A stretch of DNA of 64,000 nt. Source: Girardia tigrina (taxonomy: Eukaryota). A program made the translations under genes and the position numbers. This document shows positions 24,680-37,203 of the stretch, piece by piece (within the stretch, counting starts at the first letter, position 1; each line of letters begins with the position of its first letter). The DNA is taken from positions 11,518 to 75,517 of the forward strand of contig MQRK01250698.1 in assembly GCA_001938485.1 (NCBI GenBank), read 5' to 3'. The notes below the pieces were generated by a model that worked only from the letters and a program-made list of their open reading frames with translations, was not told the DNA's origin and did no database searches.

Positions 24680-25960
24680 GGGTAAATCTTCATTAATCAG
24701 CCATCACTGGCAGCAGGTTACTTCACCCACAACATTTTTTCTCGAATTCAAATCCCCATCGTCATATTGGACACAAGGAGGTAGTGTTTTTCCGACCCGC
24801 TACATTAACTATTTCATATTGGCTCAATACCTTCTTGTAGTTTTCAGCTAAGCTGAAAATAAGAACCATACGGTTCCCCTCCTCAGTTCCTTGTTATCAA
24901 AAACCAGTTTCAAAACCCGGTCGTCGTTTTTATATTCAACTAACTCAACCACATCTACTTCTAATCTGAGGAGTGGGCAATATTCCTAGATGCATCTTCC
25001 ACCCTAAAAGATACTTGCTTTAATCCTTACAGTCATTCATACATACCAAAATGAGAACTTGTTTTGAATTGCATTAGTAAACGTTCATGATACCCAGTCT
25101 CCAGTCTCTACCTTCAAATAAGTTCCAGTAGCTTCAAAAGCATGACATCGCAATTCGGTATACCAATAGTTCTCATTCTTCCACATCGTAAATATTCGAG
25201 CATGAGATCATGTGTGATAATGCTTTACAATACATCCGAAGAGCACTTTCCTCCCTTTGATCGAACAGTATGTCACCGAAATTGGCCTGCTTTTCGCCAC
25301 CCGATTCGCTGGCCACTTCGAATGCTCACCTTTTTACAAAGACCCCAGTTGTTTGATCCACACCAAGCAATGGCGATTTTTCAATCACAATCCTGGTTCT
25401 CTATCGGTTCTTTTCACTATTTAGACAGCTCTAACATACGCTTTTCGATAGCTTGGGCGATCCTTCTATCCTTCTTTATCAAAATTTCATCCTCCCACAC
25501 AACAACTTCCTGCATCAGCTCTAAATATCACCATTGCACATCCTCTATTTTATACATGTTCATTTAGTCCTCGACCATGATTACCCGGTTTACTGTAGCC
25601 ATATCTCTCAGTGTGTTCTTCTTGTTTTTAATAAATCCGGATGACTTCACAGCACACAAATGTAACTCGAGCTTCAAACGTTTTTCCATGAGTATTGTTA
25701 AGGCTTCTCTGTTCATGTTCTCGAATATCTGCACTACCAGCTTTTTCTCGTGATGCATTATCTCCAACATCTGGAATATCGACCGAATACACGAAACGCT
25801 TGCAGAGAACAGAATATACGTAACCTGGAACTCGCATTTCTCCTGTAAGGCAGTTCAACCCATTTACATTTCCCCCTGTCATTTTCAATCCATATACATT
25901 ATCAACCCCAGTCCTATCAACTCACATACATTTTGCACCCGTGACCCTTTCAAGTAATAT
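24680..25960 (-). mobile_element. Highly decayed Ty3/Gypsy pol remnant (different family)
   Basis: Fragments LETGYHE...FGMYE..GLK (RT-like) and FSLAENYKKVLSQYEIVNVAGRKN (connection/RNase H-like); many stops. Confidence 0.45.
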
Positions 25961-26446
25961 TTCAACCTGCATAGTAAATTATAATATACTTAAATTCAAT
26001 GTAATTAGTAATTTAATGACCAGATAATAAATTTCAAATGTCATATTTAGTTTTACTAAATGGAAATTTGATCGTGTAAAACATGTTTGAATATAGACAG
26101 ATATATTTAACACTATACAGCCATCAGAAATATTAGGTTCACTTACAAGTTATCATATAAATCTCTTCTACCAGTACGTTTCGGTTGGACACGGGACGTT
26201 TGGTTAGTAGTAATAAGATATAAAATCATTGAATTGGGATTTTTAAATTAAGGAATTAATCATAAATTAAATGAAAAAAGAATCCTCAAATAATCCAAAT
26301 ATAATAATTTAAAATTTGAAAACTACTTTACTTGGCTAGAAAAATTTTGATATGAATTATTTATGAAAACTATTCAGTAATTATTTACTTAACAAGTGAA
26401 TTTTTTTTTACAATTTTATTTGAAATTTGTATAATTTTATTAATTT

Positions 26447-26725
26447 TTAATTCAAAAAGAGTGCTGTTTGAACATTGATTTTAGGATCACATGATCTTAT
26501 CAACAATGCTTCACATGACACTCTCTCCCAATAATTTTTAAAATGCTTGCACAAAATCTTAAAATCATTTATGCTCATATTACATTTACATGTTTTTTTA
26601 TACTCAGCAATATTACTCTTCCCCACTTTTTGACTGTGTTCTTGGACTCGTTTGCAGAGATGATGGGCAGTCTCACCGATGTATGTGGCACTTGGAATAC
26701 ACTTTAATCTATTTTCCATTTTGTT
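26447..26725 (-). mobile_element. Penelope-like element fragment (GIY-YIG endonuclease)
   Basis: KCIPSATYIGET...RVQEH...FKIL...EALLI...PKINVQ. Confidence 0.8.
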
Positions 26726-26738
26726 TGGTGACCTTTTA

Positions 26739-27888
26739 CTATCTCTCTGACAACTTGAAAATTCTACGTTCGTAGAAATAATAATCCTTTTCGAACAAAA
26801 ACTGAATAAAGTTCGATTTTTTAGCGTCAGCATCATTGAAATTTTTTCTTCGAAAGGAGTTCTCCAGGGATCGAAATAAGTTATAATCCAATGGCGCGAG
26901 ATCAGAGATATATGTTTGGTGCAACATCAATTCCACACCAATATCCATCAATTTGTGCTGAGTAACCAAAGATGTGTGAGATCTTGAATTATCCTGGAGG
27001 AAAATGATAACTGTACGATTGATCAATTCTGATCGCTTTTCCTTGGCCGCTGTATTCAATTTTTCTAAATGCCGACATTAGACATCCGAATTAATAGTTT
27101 GGTTCCTTGGAAGCAACTCAAAATACACCGAACCTTTACAATAACAAAATCTTCTTTACATCAAAATCTTCTTTTGATTAATATTTGCCTTAGAAATGGT
27201 TTTCTATGACGTTTTAGGAATGCACTATAATCGTTTTCGATTAACATGGTTATACACAATCCACCTTTTGTCTTCAGTTTGGATTTGTTTTAAAAAGGAT
27301 CGAATTCATTGCGTTTAAACAATGAATCGCAAGCGTTAGTGCGATTTGTTAGATGAACTTCTTTCAAATCATACGGAACCCAAATAAAGAGATAAACACG
27401 TTTTAAATGCTTCTAAATGGCTGAATGTGTAAAATATAACTTCTCTGCAATCTCCCATGAAGTTACGAGAAGATCCGCTTCGACATCAGTTTTGATTTCA
27501 TCTTCATTGAGTTCAACTGATCGACCTTAACCTTGGTCATCTTTAAGAGAAAAATCTCCATAAAGGAATTTTTCAACAAAATTCCACATTGCCTTTCTTT
27601 AAGGACTTCTTTATCATACACATCACGTATTTTATGGCGGCTTGCAATGCGTTCTTTCATTTACGGAAAAAATAAAGCAAAATATAGCGAAAATGTTCAT
27701 TTTTGCATTCTAAATTAATTATTGAAAACTTTAAAAACCTTTAAAAATATTTACGCAATAAATTTGTAAAGCTAGGTTAAGATGACAGTTAATATATAAA
27801 AGAAGTTCATAACATTTACCGATATCATAAAACTGGGAATGGGAGACATCTTTAACTGAAATCGGAAGTTACATAGTTGCCAACCCAA
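26739..27888 (-). mobile_element. mariner remnant, 3' end lost
   Basis: FLQDNSRSH and YISDLAPLDYNLFRSL fragments; TIR-like ...TAGTTGCCAACCCAA followed by TA at 27889. Confidence 0.8.
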
Positions 27889-28237
27889 TATAGGATGACT
27901 TATATACATGATTTTGCGGCATTTACCAACAAAGCATAAAATCAAACATTTCGTCTTTTGACGCATGTTGTGTATTTATGTGGAATTGTATCTCTCTTGT
28001 CTAGGTGGCTTATTAATATTTTGATTTTTATTATCTAAAACTAATTTAATTTACTTTTAGGTTTAAATGTGTAAATTTATTTTTAATTAAATGTCGTTGT
28101 ATTAATTAAAAAAATGATTTGCTTAATCTTGTTTTACAATTTTAAACGAATAATTACATTAATTTTGTTTGATTTAAACATTAAGTTTCGAAATTAAGAA
28201 ATTTAAGTAATATTTTCAAGAATAATTGACTTGAATT

Positions 28238-28491
28238 TGTAACGGTGAAAACGATGATCGGACGGAAGTGATAAAATGACAGTCTTTATTTAACTGAGTG
28301 AAAAAGCGCGAGTAAAGTAAAAGGACGAGGTGTAGTAATTAAGAGTGAAGTACAGACTTTTTTCCGTCTTCTACGTTGTATTTACTCATTTTCTCTTTCA
28401 CAGAATTGATAGAGATTTAGATTTCGACTTTTTACATCGTGATTTTGATAATATCTGATTTTCGTAAATTGAGCACAATTGTTACGTTACA
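28238..28491 (-). mobile_element. Probable solo LTR of another family (254 bp)
   Basis: Inverted termini TGTAACG...CGTTACA; AATAAA near the minus-strand 3' end; imperfect flanks AATT/AATA. Confidence 0.55.
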
Positions 28492-28671
28492 AATAACACA
28501 AAAGTAACGATTGCAAATTTGTTGAAAAAAATTTTCGTTTAACAATATTTTTCATATTTTTTATTTAATTAATAAATTTATGATATTTAATTTATTATTT
28601 TATAATTAGTGATTTAATTGTTTGAAAAGAATTCAACAAAAGAATAAATTTAAAGAATTCATATAGAATTA

Positions 28672-28878
28672 AACGAAAGTCTTGTCCAATAGAATATAAT
28701 ATTTATTTAACCAATAAAAACAATAAGTAGATTGGAAATATAAATTAACATCAATCATCTGAAAATCTAAAAAATTTCAATGTTTTATGAAGAAATGTTT
28801 AGTTAAAATAACTTATTAATTTACATATTTTCTTTTTTTGGTTAAATAAATATTATTTTCTATCGGAGAAGTCGTTTC
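28672..28878. repeat. Degenerate MITE-like inverted repeat
   Basis: CCAATAGAATATAATATTTATTTAACCAA is mirrored by TTGGTTAAATAAATATTATTTTCTATCGG. Confidence 0.55.
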
Positions 28879-30428
28879 CTCCAAACTTATAAAATAGGGT
28901 TTGGTTTGGATATTAAATATATATAGATTAAAATTACATAGATTAAAACTATTACACAACGTAACAAAGAAAATCGGTCATATTAGTTTTTGAGCAGTTT
29001 TATAGTAAATCAAACATCATGATTTCGAAAATATAATTTTTTGCATACCGTCTCTCGTTTTCTTGCAATTACATAATATGGAATTTTTATATTCTATACT
29101 TATATATAATAAAAGTATATTATAAGTTTTAAAATTAAAAATTATATTATAAATAAAAAGCAACAAAAATTAAATACTTATAGAGAAATAAAAAATGTTT
29201 ACATTCATAACAATTAATATATTTTAATAAAAGTATTGAAATAAGAATTTTAAAATAAATAATACGAGTTACAAAAGCCAATAATTTTTTCGTAAGTAGC
29301 GTTTATGCCCCTTTCGTTATTACTAGATTCAAGATTCATAATTTAACACCAAAATTTTATTTAATGACAATAATTCACTTATTTCTCCAAAATCAATCTA
29401 TTAAATTTTTCTTTTAATTAAATTTTTAATATTTAATAAATTTTAAAATTTTAGATTAATAAAATAATTTTTAAATTAAAACTAAAAATTTTTATAAATT
29501 TTTATCCCAAAACTAAGTAATTTAAATTTACTATAGCCTTTTATTAAAAAAAATATTTCTTATATTATTATAAAGTTTAATCCGTTCATTATTTATTTCA
29601 AAATTTATTTGAAATTATTTCAAAACTTTTATTACATTATATCAATTGTTATAACTGTAAACATCTTTTTATTTTTAAATAAGTATTTTATTTTTGATGG
29701 TTTTCTTTATAATATCAATTTTATTTTAAAATTTTTGTATTTATTTACTTTTTTTAAAACTTTCAAATTAAAAAAAAATAATAAACTATTTTGGTGAAAT
29801 GCAAATTCAAATTAACACCTCATATACGTGATTTCGGTAAAATTGTAGGAATTATGATACGAAGGAGGTATTTGTAAAGGTAGGAACGAATGAGGAAGCT
29901 GTAGGAAAATCTTCTGAAGATCCAAAAATATCGTATATAAGGGATCAGAAGTAATGTTATCGTTGAAATAAATCCGTTAATGTGCGGCACTCTTCGGCAT
30001 AAATATATCACGAATGTATAGTGGCTTTAAGTATCAAAAATATCAAATTTATATTATTATCAATATTGAGATAATCCTGATAATCCATAAATCCCTAAGA
30101 ATTTATCGATTTTTTAAAATATTTAATGATTTTAAAGAATTTTGAATTTTAATTTAAATTGTTTAATTTCTATTTAGACAATTTATTATCTTCGCCGTCT
30201 TCAGCAATAGTTTGCTTCTTTCTTATATGAGATTTTCTTTTATTTCAATAAAAAATATTTTCTTTCCAATTCCTTTAAATAAAAATGATCAATTTGTTTT
30301 TTTTTGAAATACCAAACGAAGACATTAAATGAACGACGACCAAGGTTAACTGAATCATCTATATAACAAATATAATATCATTCAGAAGTTAATATGTCGT
30401 TGCGATTGCTACAATTTCGATTGATTAA

Positions 30429-30642
30429 CCCTTAGTAGCCTGATTTACGAAAGTGATTTATTTTTAATATTACTGTGTTTGCATTAGATAAAATAAAACA
30501 TTTGATTTTTTTTTAATTTCGTTGGAAAGAATATTATACAACAGTAAAATATGTACAGCCAACCTATAAAAAAAACTAATAGTAATGTGAACATTCGGTT
30601 TAAAAGATTGGTATCAAAATTGAAACTCTAGGTTATTAAGGG
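30429..30642. mobile_element. piggyBac-type MITE
   Basis: TTAA flanks; TIRs CCCTTAGTAGCCT / AGGTTATTAAGGG. Confidence 0.7.
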
Positions 30643-31289
30643 TTAATAAATAAAATAATAAAACAATCTATTTACAATAAAAAATAAAAAGTGTAACAAA
30701 ATACATGCGTCCAAAAAAATTTTATAAAAATAATTGATAAATAAAGTATGACGTTGATTATAAAAATAAATTAAATGCAAAAATGGGACAAGTAAAGAAA
30801 ACAAATAAATCCAAAACCGAAAACTAAATCATAAGGGATTTAGAGTTTACAATTTTAAAAATTAAAGAATGGTGGAAATACACTTTGGTGAAAGTCTCTT
30901 TGTCAACCTGTAACTAAATTAATAATGCGAGACCAATCACTTAACTCTGTCATACATATTCCACACATTTTGGGAGCAACATTGTTTTGGTCTAATTCCT
31001 TCAATTTAAGTATCCTCACACTAATTTCACACTATCAGGCATTTATTTTTGGTATATTTCTGTAAACAATTCAAAAGCCTCAATTATATCATAAAACTTA
31101 AGAGTAATAACATTTTTGTAGGTCCACACAATAATATTATTTTGATGAAATTCGGTCTAATTATGATGATAGATTTTTGTGTCAAACATTTGTACCCGAA
31201 TGAAACAAACATCCGGTTGCTTCAAGGTCATTAAATGTTCATACAAGGATATTTAGTATTGCTTTCTCTGAATTTAAATAATCTTTCTT

Positions 31290-32320
31290 CATATTTTTAA
31301 CCTTAGCCGTTGGGCCGTGGGTGCACCCAATTAATCACAAGCCTTCGCCACATCTCTTTTCATTCTTTGAAATTATCTGTCCATAGTCTCTTTGATCTTC
31401 CTCTTGGTCTTTCTCCTTCCACTTTTTCTTCAGTCGTAACGATTGCTAGTACTTGTTTTGTTATATAATGACCGTAGAATATCAGCTTCTTTCTATTGAT
31501 GGTCTCTTCTATTGATTCCGGTCTTTAACCTACTATTTCTGTCACTCTCCTCCAGACAAAGTCGTTGGTCTTCTCTTCTTTCCATGTGATCTTCAGCATT
31601 CTCCTGTAGCTCTTCATTTCAAACGGTTTAAATCTATCCATGATCTTCTGGTTTACTGTCAAACTCACTCTTCCATAGAGGAGTGTTGCCCAGATAATAG
31701 CCTTAGTGATCTTTATTCTGCTCTTGAGATGGATTTTTTTGAGGTTAAAAATTGTGCTAAGCTTAATCATTTGCGCTTGTTGCAATACCAATCCGTCTTC
31801 AGATTTCTTCTTCGGTTCCCCATTTCTCTGTGATAGTAGAGCCTAAGTATTTGTAACTCTTATCTTGTTTCAGTTTCTGCCCTTCAATGAAAATCACCAG
31901 TTTAACTTCGTTGATATGGCTTCCTGAAACCTTTATTTTGTTTTTTTGTCTGTTGATTTCCATTTCAAATTTCTTTGACACTTTGTGCCATCTATTTGTA
32001 AGTTCCCTAATCTCTGCCTCGTCTTTACCGATTAGGTCTATGTCGTCAGCAAATCGTAGGCTGGTTATTCTTGTTCCTCTGTCGCTTATTCCAACATCGT
32101 CTAGATCGTCTATTGCATCCATAACAATTCTCTCAAGGAAAAGGTTGAACAATGTAGGTGAAGGAATGCAACCTTATCTGACTTCTGCTGATGATTTAAA
32201 ACAGTTGCTAAATTTCTCATTTTTGCTCACTTTTGTCATTGCGTCTTCTTAAAGGCTCCTAATATTTTTTATAATATTTTTTTCCTATGTTGTGTTTATT
32301 CATAGTCTGTCATAGTCCTT
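31290..32320 (-). mobile_element. RTE-clade LINE, 5'-truncated pseudogene
   Basis: GCIPSPTLFNLFLE, LRFADDIDL, YKYLGS, LLYG...FEMKSYRRMLKITW, then EGERPRGR. Confidence 0.88.
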
Positions 32321-32849
32321 CGTAAAGTCACATAATACGCTTTTTTATTCATATATATGAGTTTTTCTCAAACTTTTCATGTATCTGGCATTGTGATATA
32401 AATTAAATTAAAATGACGATAATCAATTAATATGTAAATAATGAAATCTTTATAGAATAAAAGTGGTGAAACGTGAAATGTTTCATCGACAAAAAATGAA
32501 TGCGTTGTAGAAATAAGCTTGATTTTGTACATTAACCAATATCAAAATACGTTTCGAGTTGTCAATTTAAGTGAATTATGAAGTACAATATCCGCCGTAA
32601 TTTTCATGGTCGGATAAGGATGATTAACGATCCGTCTCAGGCGTTCCACATTTCTTTGTTTTATTTCATTGAATAAATTTTTACCAAATTAATTTTATTT
32701 CCTTTTTTTATTTTTTGATTAAAATTTCTAACTAAATACTATAATTTTTTTATCTTCCGATCGAAATAAACAATATTTTATCAAAGTTAAAAACTTATCG
32801 TTTATTCGATATTCAATAACATTTTTAACAATTGTCCCTTTTGTGTGGG

Positions 32850-33600
32850 TAACTATATATATTCAAAAAGTATTTTGGCAGTGCAGAATCAGCTGTATGT
32901 TCAAAGAGTTGTGGGGAATGGTATAACTTGAAAGAGGCTTATTTGTACTTATTTATACACTTAAAAAGTCTAAAAGTAAAGAATTGTCTCATTTCGACGA
33001 AGATGTTATAATTGGTTGTCATTTATGCTGGAAATCAGTAGAGGACATTTCTGAGATAATAAAGCAAGTGAAGTATACTGTCCATTATCAAGTTCTGAAG
33101 TATGATGCAGGAGAGTCAATTGGTAATCAGTGTCACACAGGCAGATCACAACTATTTTCAAAAAGTAAACGATCTTTATGTAAAATTACAAAAACATTCT
33201 CTGTAAACCATTTCACAAAATTTTAACCTTCACTCTGTGCATTGAAAATTTTCCGGCGTCTGTGCATAGGGGTCAATCGTACCCCATATACATTTTGATA
33301 TATTTTGTAAGGAAAACTAACAAAATTTTAGTTTTTATTTAAATTTTTATTAATTATAATAACTTATTAATAACAAAAGATTATTAAACTTTAATAAATG
33401 TAATTTATTAAGCTTTAATAAATGAAACAAAACATAAACAATTTTTTTTAAATCGCTTTTTAAATAGACTGGGGTCCATTTGACCCCAATGCACAGAGTG
33501 AAGGTTAATGTTATTGCTGAGGTTCCATCTATTAGCATGTCTACAGCTAGAAATTATTTGCATTATAATAATCCAAATACTTTTTGTAGGGCAGAGTTTA
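32850..33600 (+). mobile_element. Tc1 remnant (HTH only) interrupted by a MITE
   Basis: SHFDEDVIIGCH...TGR N-terminal HTH; TIR-like CAAAAAGTATTTTGG / CCAAATACTTTTTG. Confidence 0.6.
33227..33504. mobile_element. piggyBac-type MITE
   Basis: TTAA flanks; perfect 18-bp TIR CCTTCACTCTGTGCATTG; internal GGGGTC...ACCCC motifs. Confidence 0.85.
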
Positions 33601-34200
33601 TTTAATAGAAATATCGGGTGTTTTACTTTAAAATTTAATAACTTTAAGTCCTTTGTTTTAATTAATTGATAAAAATTTATTATTTAAAGAATTATGAAAA
33701 TTATATCTTTACTACCGGATATGTCATATCTATTATTTCAGTACTCTTAATACGTCATTTATATGTAATATCCGGTCGTTATCTGAAGTGCTTGAACATT
33801 TATATTCTCTTCATTAAAGTCGTAAAAAACGTAAACCGCGATTGTACAAAAGTCATTTTTGAGTTGATCAAAATGATATTGGAAACAATTTTCAATTATT
33901 TATTTAAATAAATAAAATAATATATAAATAAAACACCTTATAAGTTAAAATTTTATATTGTTCAAGAAATGTGTTGTTGAGAATAAGTACAACTGAAAGA
34001 AGATTTTATGACTGTTTTACTTTCATGTCTTTTAATCAATAAATAAAACGATTTTCTTTCACTCTACATAGAATTATTTTTTTCGGTAATATATGCATTA
34101 AAACAATAAACAAAGCAAAACAAATATATTATTCTTCAACAAACACGACGATAAGATAAGATAACATATATAATTGTCACAGATTTCCATTCATTTCCTT

Positions 34201-34782
34201 TTAATTGATTTTTAATGAATGGTTTCGAACGATATCTTCTATGATGTTTGTCGTGCTTGTATTTGCAGTTCTTTTACTCGGTAGAAAACGATTATGATTC
34301 TTAATTTCTACATATACATCTTCTTGTTCCCCTGAAGGATAAGGTGCCGGATCATGCAACAAGAAATCTAATTTGTTTTCGTTCAAAAACTCTATTGTTG
34401 TAAACCAAGGCGCTTTTTCAATTACTTCATCAACATGACGACAATGTCGTACAGATAGTATTCGTTCTTCTTGTGTCATTATTGGTTTTCTTTTGTATTT
34501 TGTACAATCTTCCTCTCTCGACACTCCGGCGACAATCCATACTGGTCCAGGAAAATAGTTTTTTGCTTGAAACAATAAATTCGCGTGACCATAATGAAAC
34601 AAATCGAAAACTCCGTCTAAATAAATTCGTATCGGTCGAATTTGAAGACCTTTTTCTGCAATTTCTTTCGAAATCGGAACAAAATCTTTCAAGTCTTCTC
34701 GGATCTTCAATATTTTCGGATCGGTAGAAAGTGGCGTCAAAGACGAATTTTCACTCAAAACATCTTCAATTTGAAAAAACAT
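34201..34782 (-). CDS. PCYT1: Choline-phosphate cytidylyltransferase-like protein, catalytic domain only (copy B, 193 aa)
   Basis: Same motifs as copy A (YLDGVFDLFHYGH); 15 aa differences from copy A by manual count; flanks homologous to copy A. Confidence 0.88.
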   Translation of the reverse strand: MFFQIEDVLSENSSLTPLSTDPKILKIREDLKDFVPISKEIAEKGLQIRPIRIYLDGVFDLFHYGHANLLFQAKNYFPGPVWIVAGVSREEDCTKYKRKPIMTQEERILSVRHCRHVDEVIEKAPWFTTIEFLNENKLDFLLHDPAPYPSGEQEDVYVEIKNHNRFLPSKRTANTSTTNIIEDIVRNHSLKIN

Positions 34783-35039
34783 CGTTCTATTCTTAAAAAA
34801 ATGTTTTTTAATAAATTATTTAAAATATATAATTTTATTTAAAAAATTTGTTTATAAGTAGTAAATTATTACTTCGTGTGCAAAACTACTTTCAAACAAA
34901 AGTAATACAATTTATTGTTTTGTTAAACAATTATTTTTGATTAGTAATAATTTTTAAAATTTATTTCATTAAAACATTTTTTTTAATTTTTAATTAATAA
35001 AATAAATAAATCTTTTAAAATTAATTACTCATTATCCAT

Positions 35040-36612
35040 TACGCACTCTTTTTATCTCCTCAACTCCACTGACCTCAATATCATTGCTGCCAGCGACGTC
35101 GCCCTCTGTAGACCGCTAGGAGATATGAACCAGTCATACTCCGAGGTTTTTGACTGGCTTAATGATGGCTTCAAAGAGCATGTTAATACATATGGTGAAA
35201 CAAAACTCAGCATGCTATACGTGATCTTAGAAAATTCCATAAAATATTTATTAACTTTAGGTACTCTAACCCGGGTGTAATTTTAACTGTAAAACAACAT
35301 ATACAAAATGATGGACATAATTTTATTACTGATGAAAATTTTAGGGTTAAGGATAAGGATAAACTGTAAGAAACATTAGGAAATGCATTGGGTATTCGTG
35401 GGTTCTCAAATTGGATGAACAGAGTAGTGCTGGTTGCTACTCTGAATGTCTGCCAATATCCCCCCTTTCCACCTCCCCTATTTATAATGGTGGCCTTAGT
35501 CAGAACGAATGGAGATTCTTTCACCAGGCTCGGTCGAACACAGTTCCTGAGCGTTGTAGACCTTGGTTTTTGGTAAGTATTCCCTGTAGGAGTGGTTTTC
35601 CTGATGAAGAAACCCTGGCCCATGTGTGATAATTTCTGGAAAGCCCGATACGATTAAATTCAGGACATTTTAGCTAAGGAGCGGTCGACCTTTACGGATG
35701 CAGAAATTTATGTCAACGAAGAATGTATATTCATTAGTTCTGGCCAAAGAGTGGACCTTCAAATTTTTTTTCGTGAAAAGCGAAAAATGTTCCTTTTAGA
35801 CGTTAAGTGCCCATATGAGACTGAGAAAAAAATATATATATATAATGCAGATAAGAAAAATATAGATAAATACTGGGACTTAAGGGAACAAATACAACAC
35901 GCTTATGGGGACTCTTGGAAAGTAGAACTTGATACATTCATTGTTGGGCCATTAGGATCATGGTTACCCAACAATGAACTTATACTTGATGATCTATTTC
36001 TAGGAAAAAGGAAAGTACCAATTGCCCGTGCCTGTGTCCTCTCCAATATCAAATGGTCGGCGCTACAGTGGAAGGACTTTAAGGACCCGCGAGCCAACCT
36101 ACTGGAGATCCAATGCCCGATACTGGCCCACAATCCTGTGGACTTTGATGACGGAAAATTGGACACTGAGGGATACATATTTCATATGATATGCCCTTGG
36201 ATGTCCCTTTCTAGGATAAATTGTACTGTAGGATTGTTTGGGCTTTTATGAGAGAGGGTTCAACCTTAGTGTCTGTTCAACCTTAGATTGTATGTTTTTT
36301 TCGACCCCATATAAAGGCCAACATATTGTTGTGTTAGCAGTTTTTCATTTTTTTCTGCCGACAGTGTATTGTGAATGCTGATATATGGTACTACTCTACC
36401 TAGATTATAGGATAATTGTTTGAATTTTGACTCTCACAGACCATAACCTCTCTTATAATTGACCAGACATGAACAAAAATGCATATGTCTGACAGATGAA
36501 TTGCCATCTGTTATTCATACTCGAAGGATCTCACTCAGTGTTTACGGAACAATATCAGATCCCTTTCGAGAAGAAAAACTTTGTTATATAAATATAATTT
36601 TGAATAAACATT
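35040..36612 (+). mobile_element. 3' fragment of an RLE-type (R2/NeSL/R5-like) non-LTR retrotransposon
   Basis: Degraded CCHC knuckle (CR...ETLAHV) followed by restriction-like endonuclease RVDL...LLDVKCPYE...K..KY...FIVGPLGSW; 3' region ends near AATAAA at 36603. Confidence 0.8.
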
Positions 36613-37203
36613 CATGTATATTTTTAGGTATTAAAAAACAATCCTTTAATAATTGTTCTTTTCTTGAAAATGTAAATTTATTTAAAAACTAAACATAAAT
36701 TGGCTTTTAAAACATTATTTTAGTAAATATTTCTTCAATCATTTAACCCCTCATCTACAAAAATTTGTCAACTAGGTATTTTTGAATAATAACGAAGTTT
36801 GATAAACAAGAAAAAAAATTCCTTAAGTTTTTTTATACGAATGTCACCAAACTTAGGTTAAAGATATAAAAATGTGAAAATTCAAATTTCATAGTAATTC
36901 TTTGTTATACAGCATGTGCAGTGTTGTAGCAATAACAATTAGAACATTTAGAACATTGATGTCCTGGACGAAGAGTGGTTTGTGGAGCTCTTTTACAACA
37001 CTTCATCACAGCGGTCGTCTGTCCCCACATCAGGGAACTAAGAAACAGAAAAGTTTTTGTCAATCTTGGCCAAAATGAATCATATTGAAATTTCTTTTGA
37101 TGATGTAAGGGGCAATAAATTTGCGTTGGAAAATATTGTCTTTAAGATTGATTAAATTTCGTACTACACTCATTTGTTCAGATGAAAGTATTTAAATTTA
37201 ATG

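Noticed and set aside
26100-26210. Hammerhead ribozyme near the Penelope fragment (CCGAAACG on the minus strand)
   Set aside because: No properly placed CUGANGA box or supporting stems.
29820-30095. Possible minus-strand host exon bounded by AG/GT
   Set aside because: All three frames contain stops across the interval; no recognisable protein.
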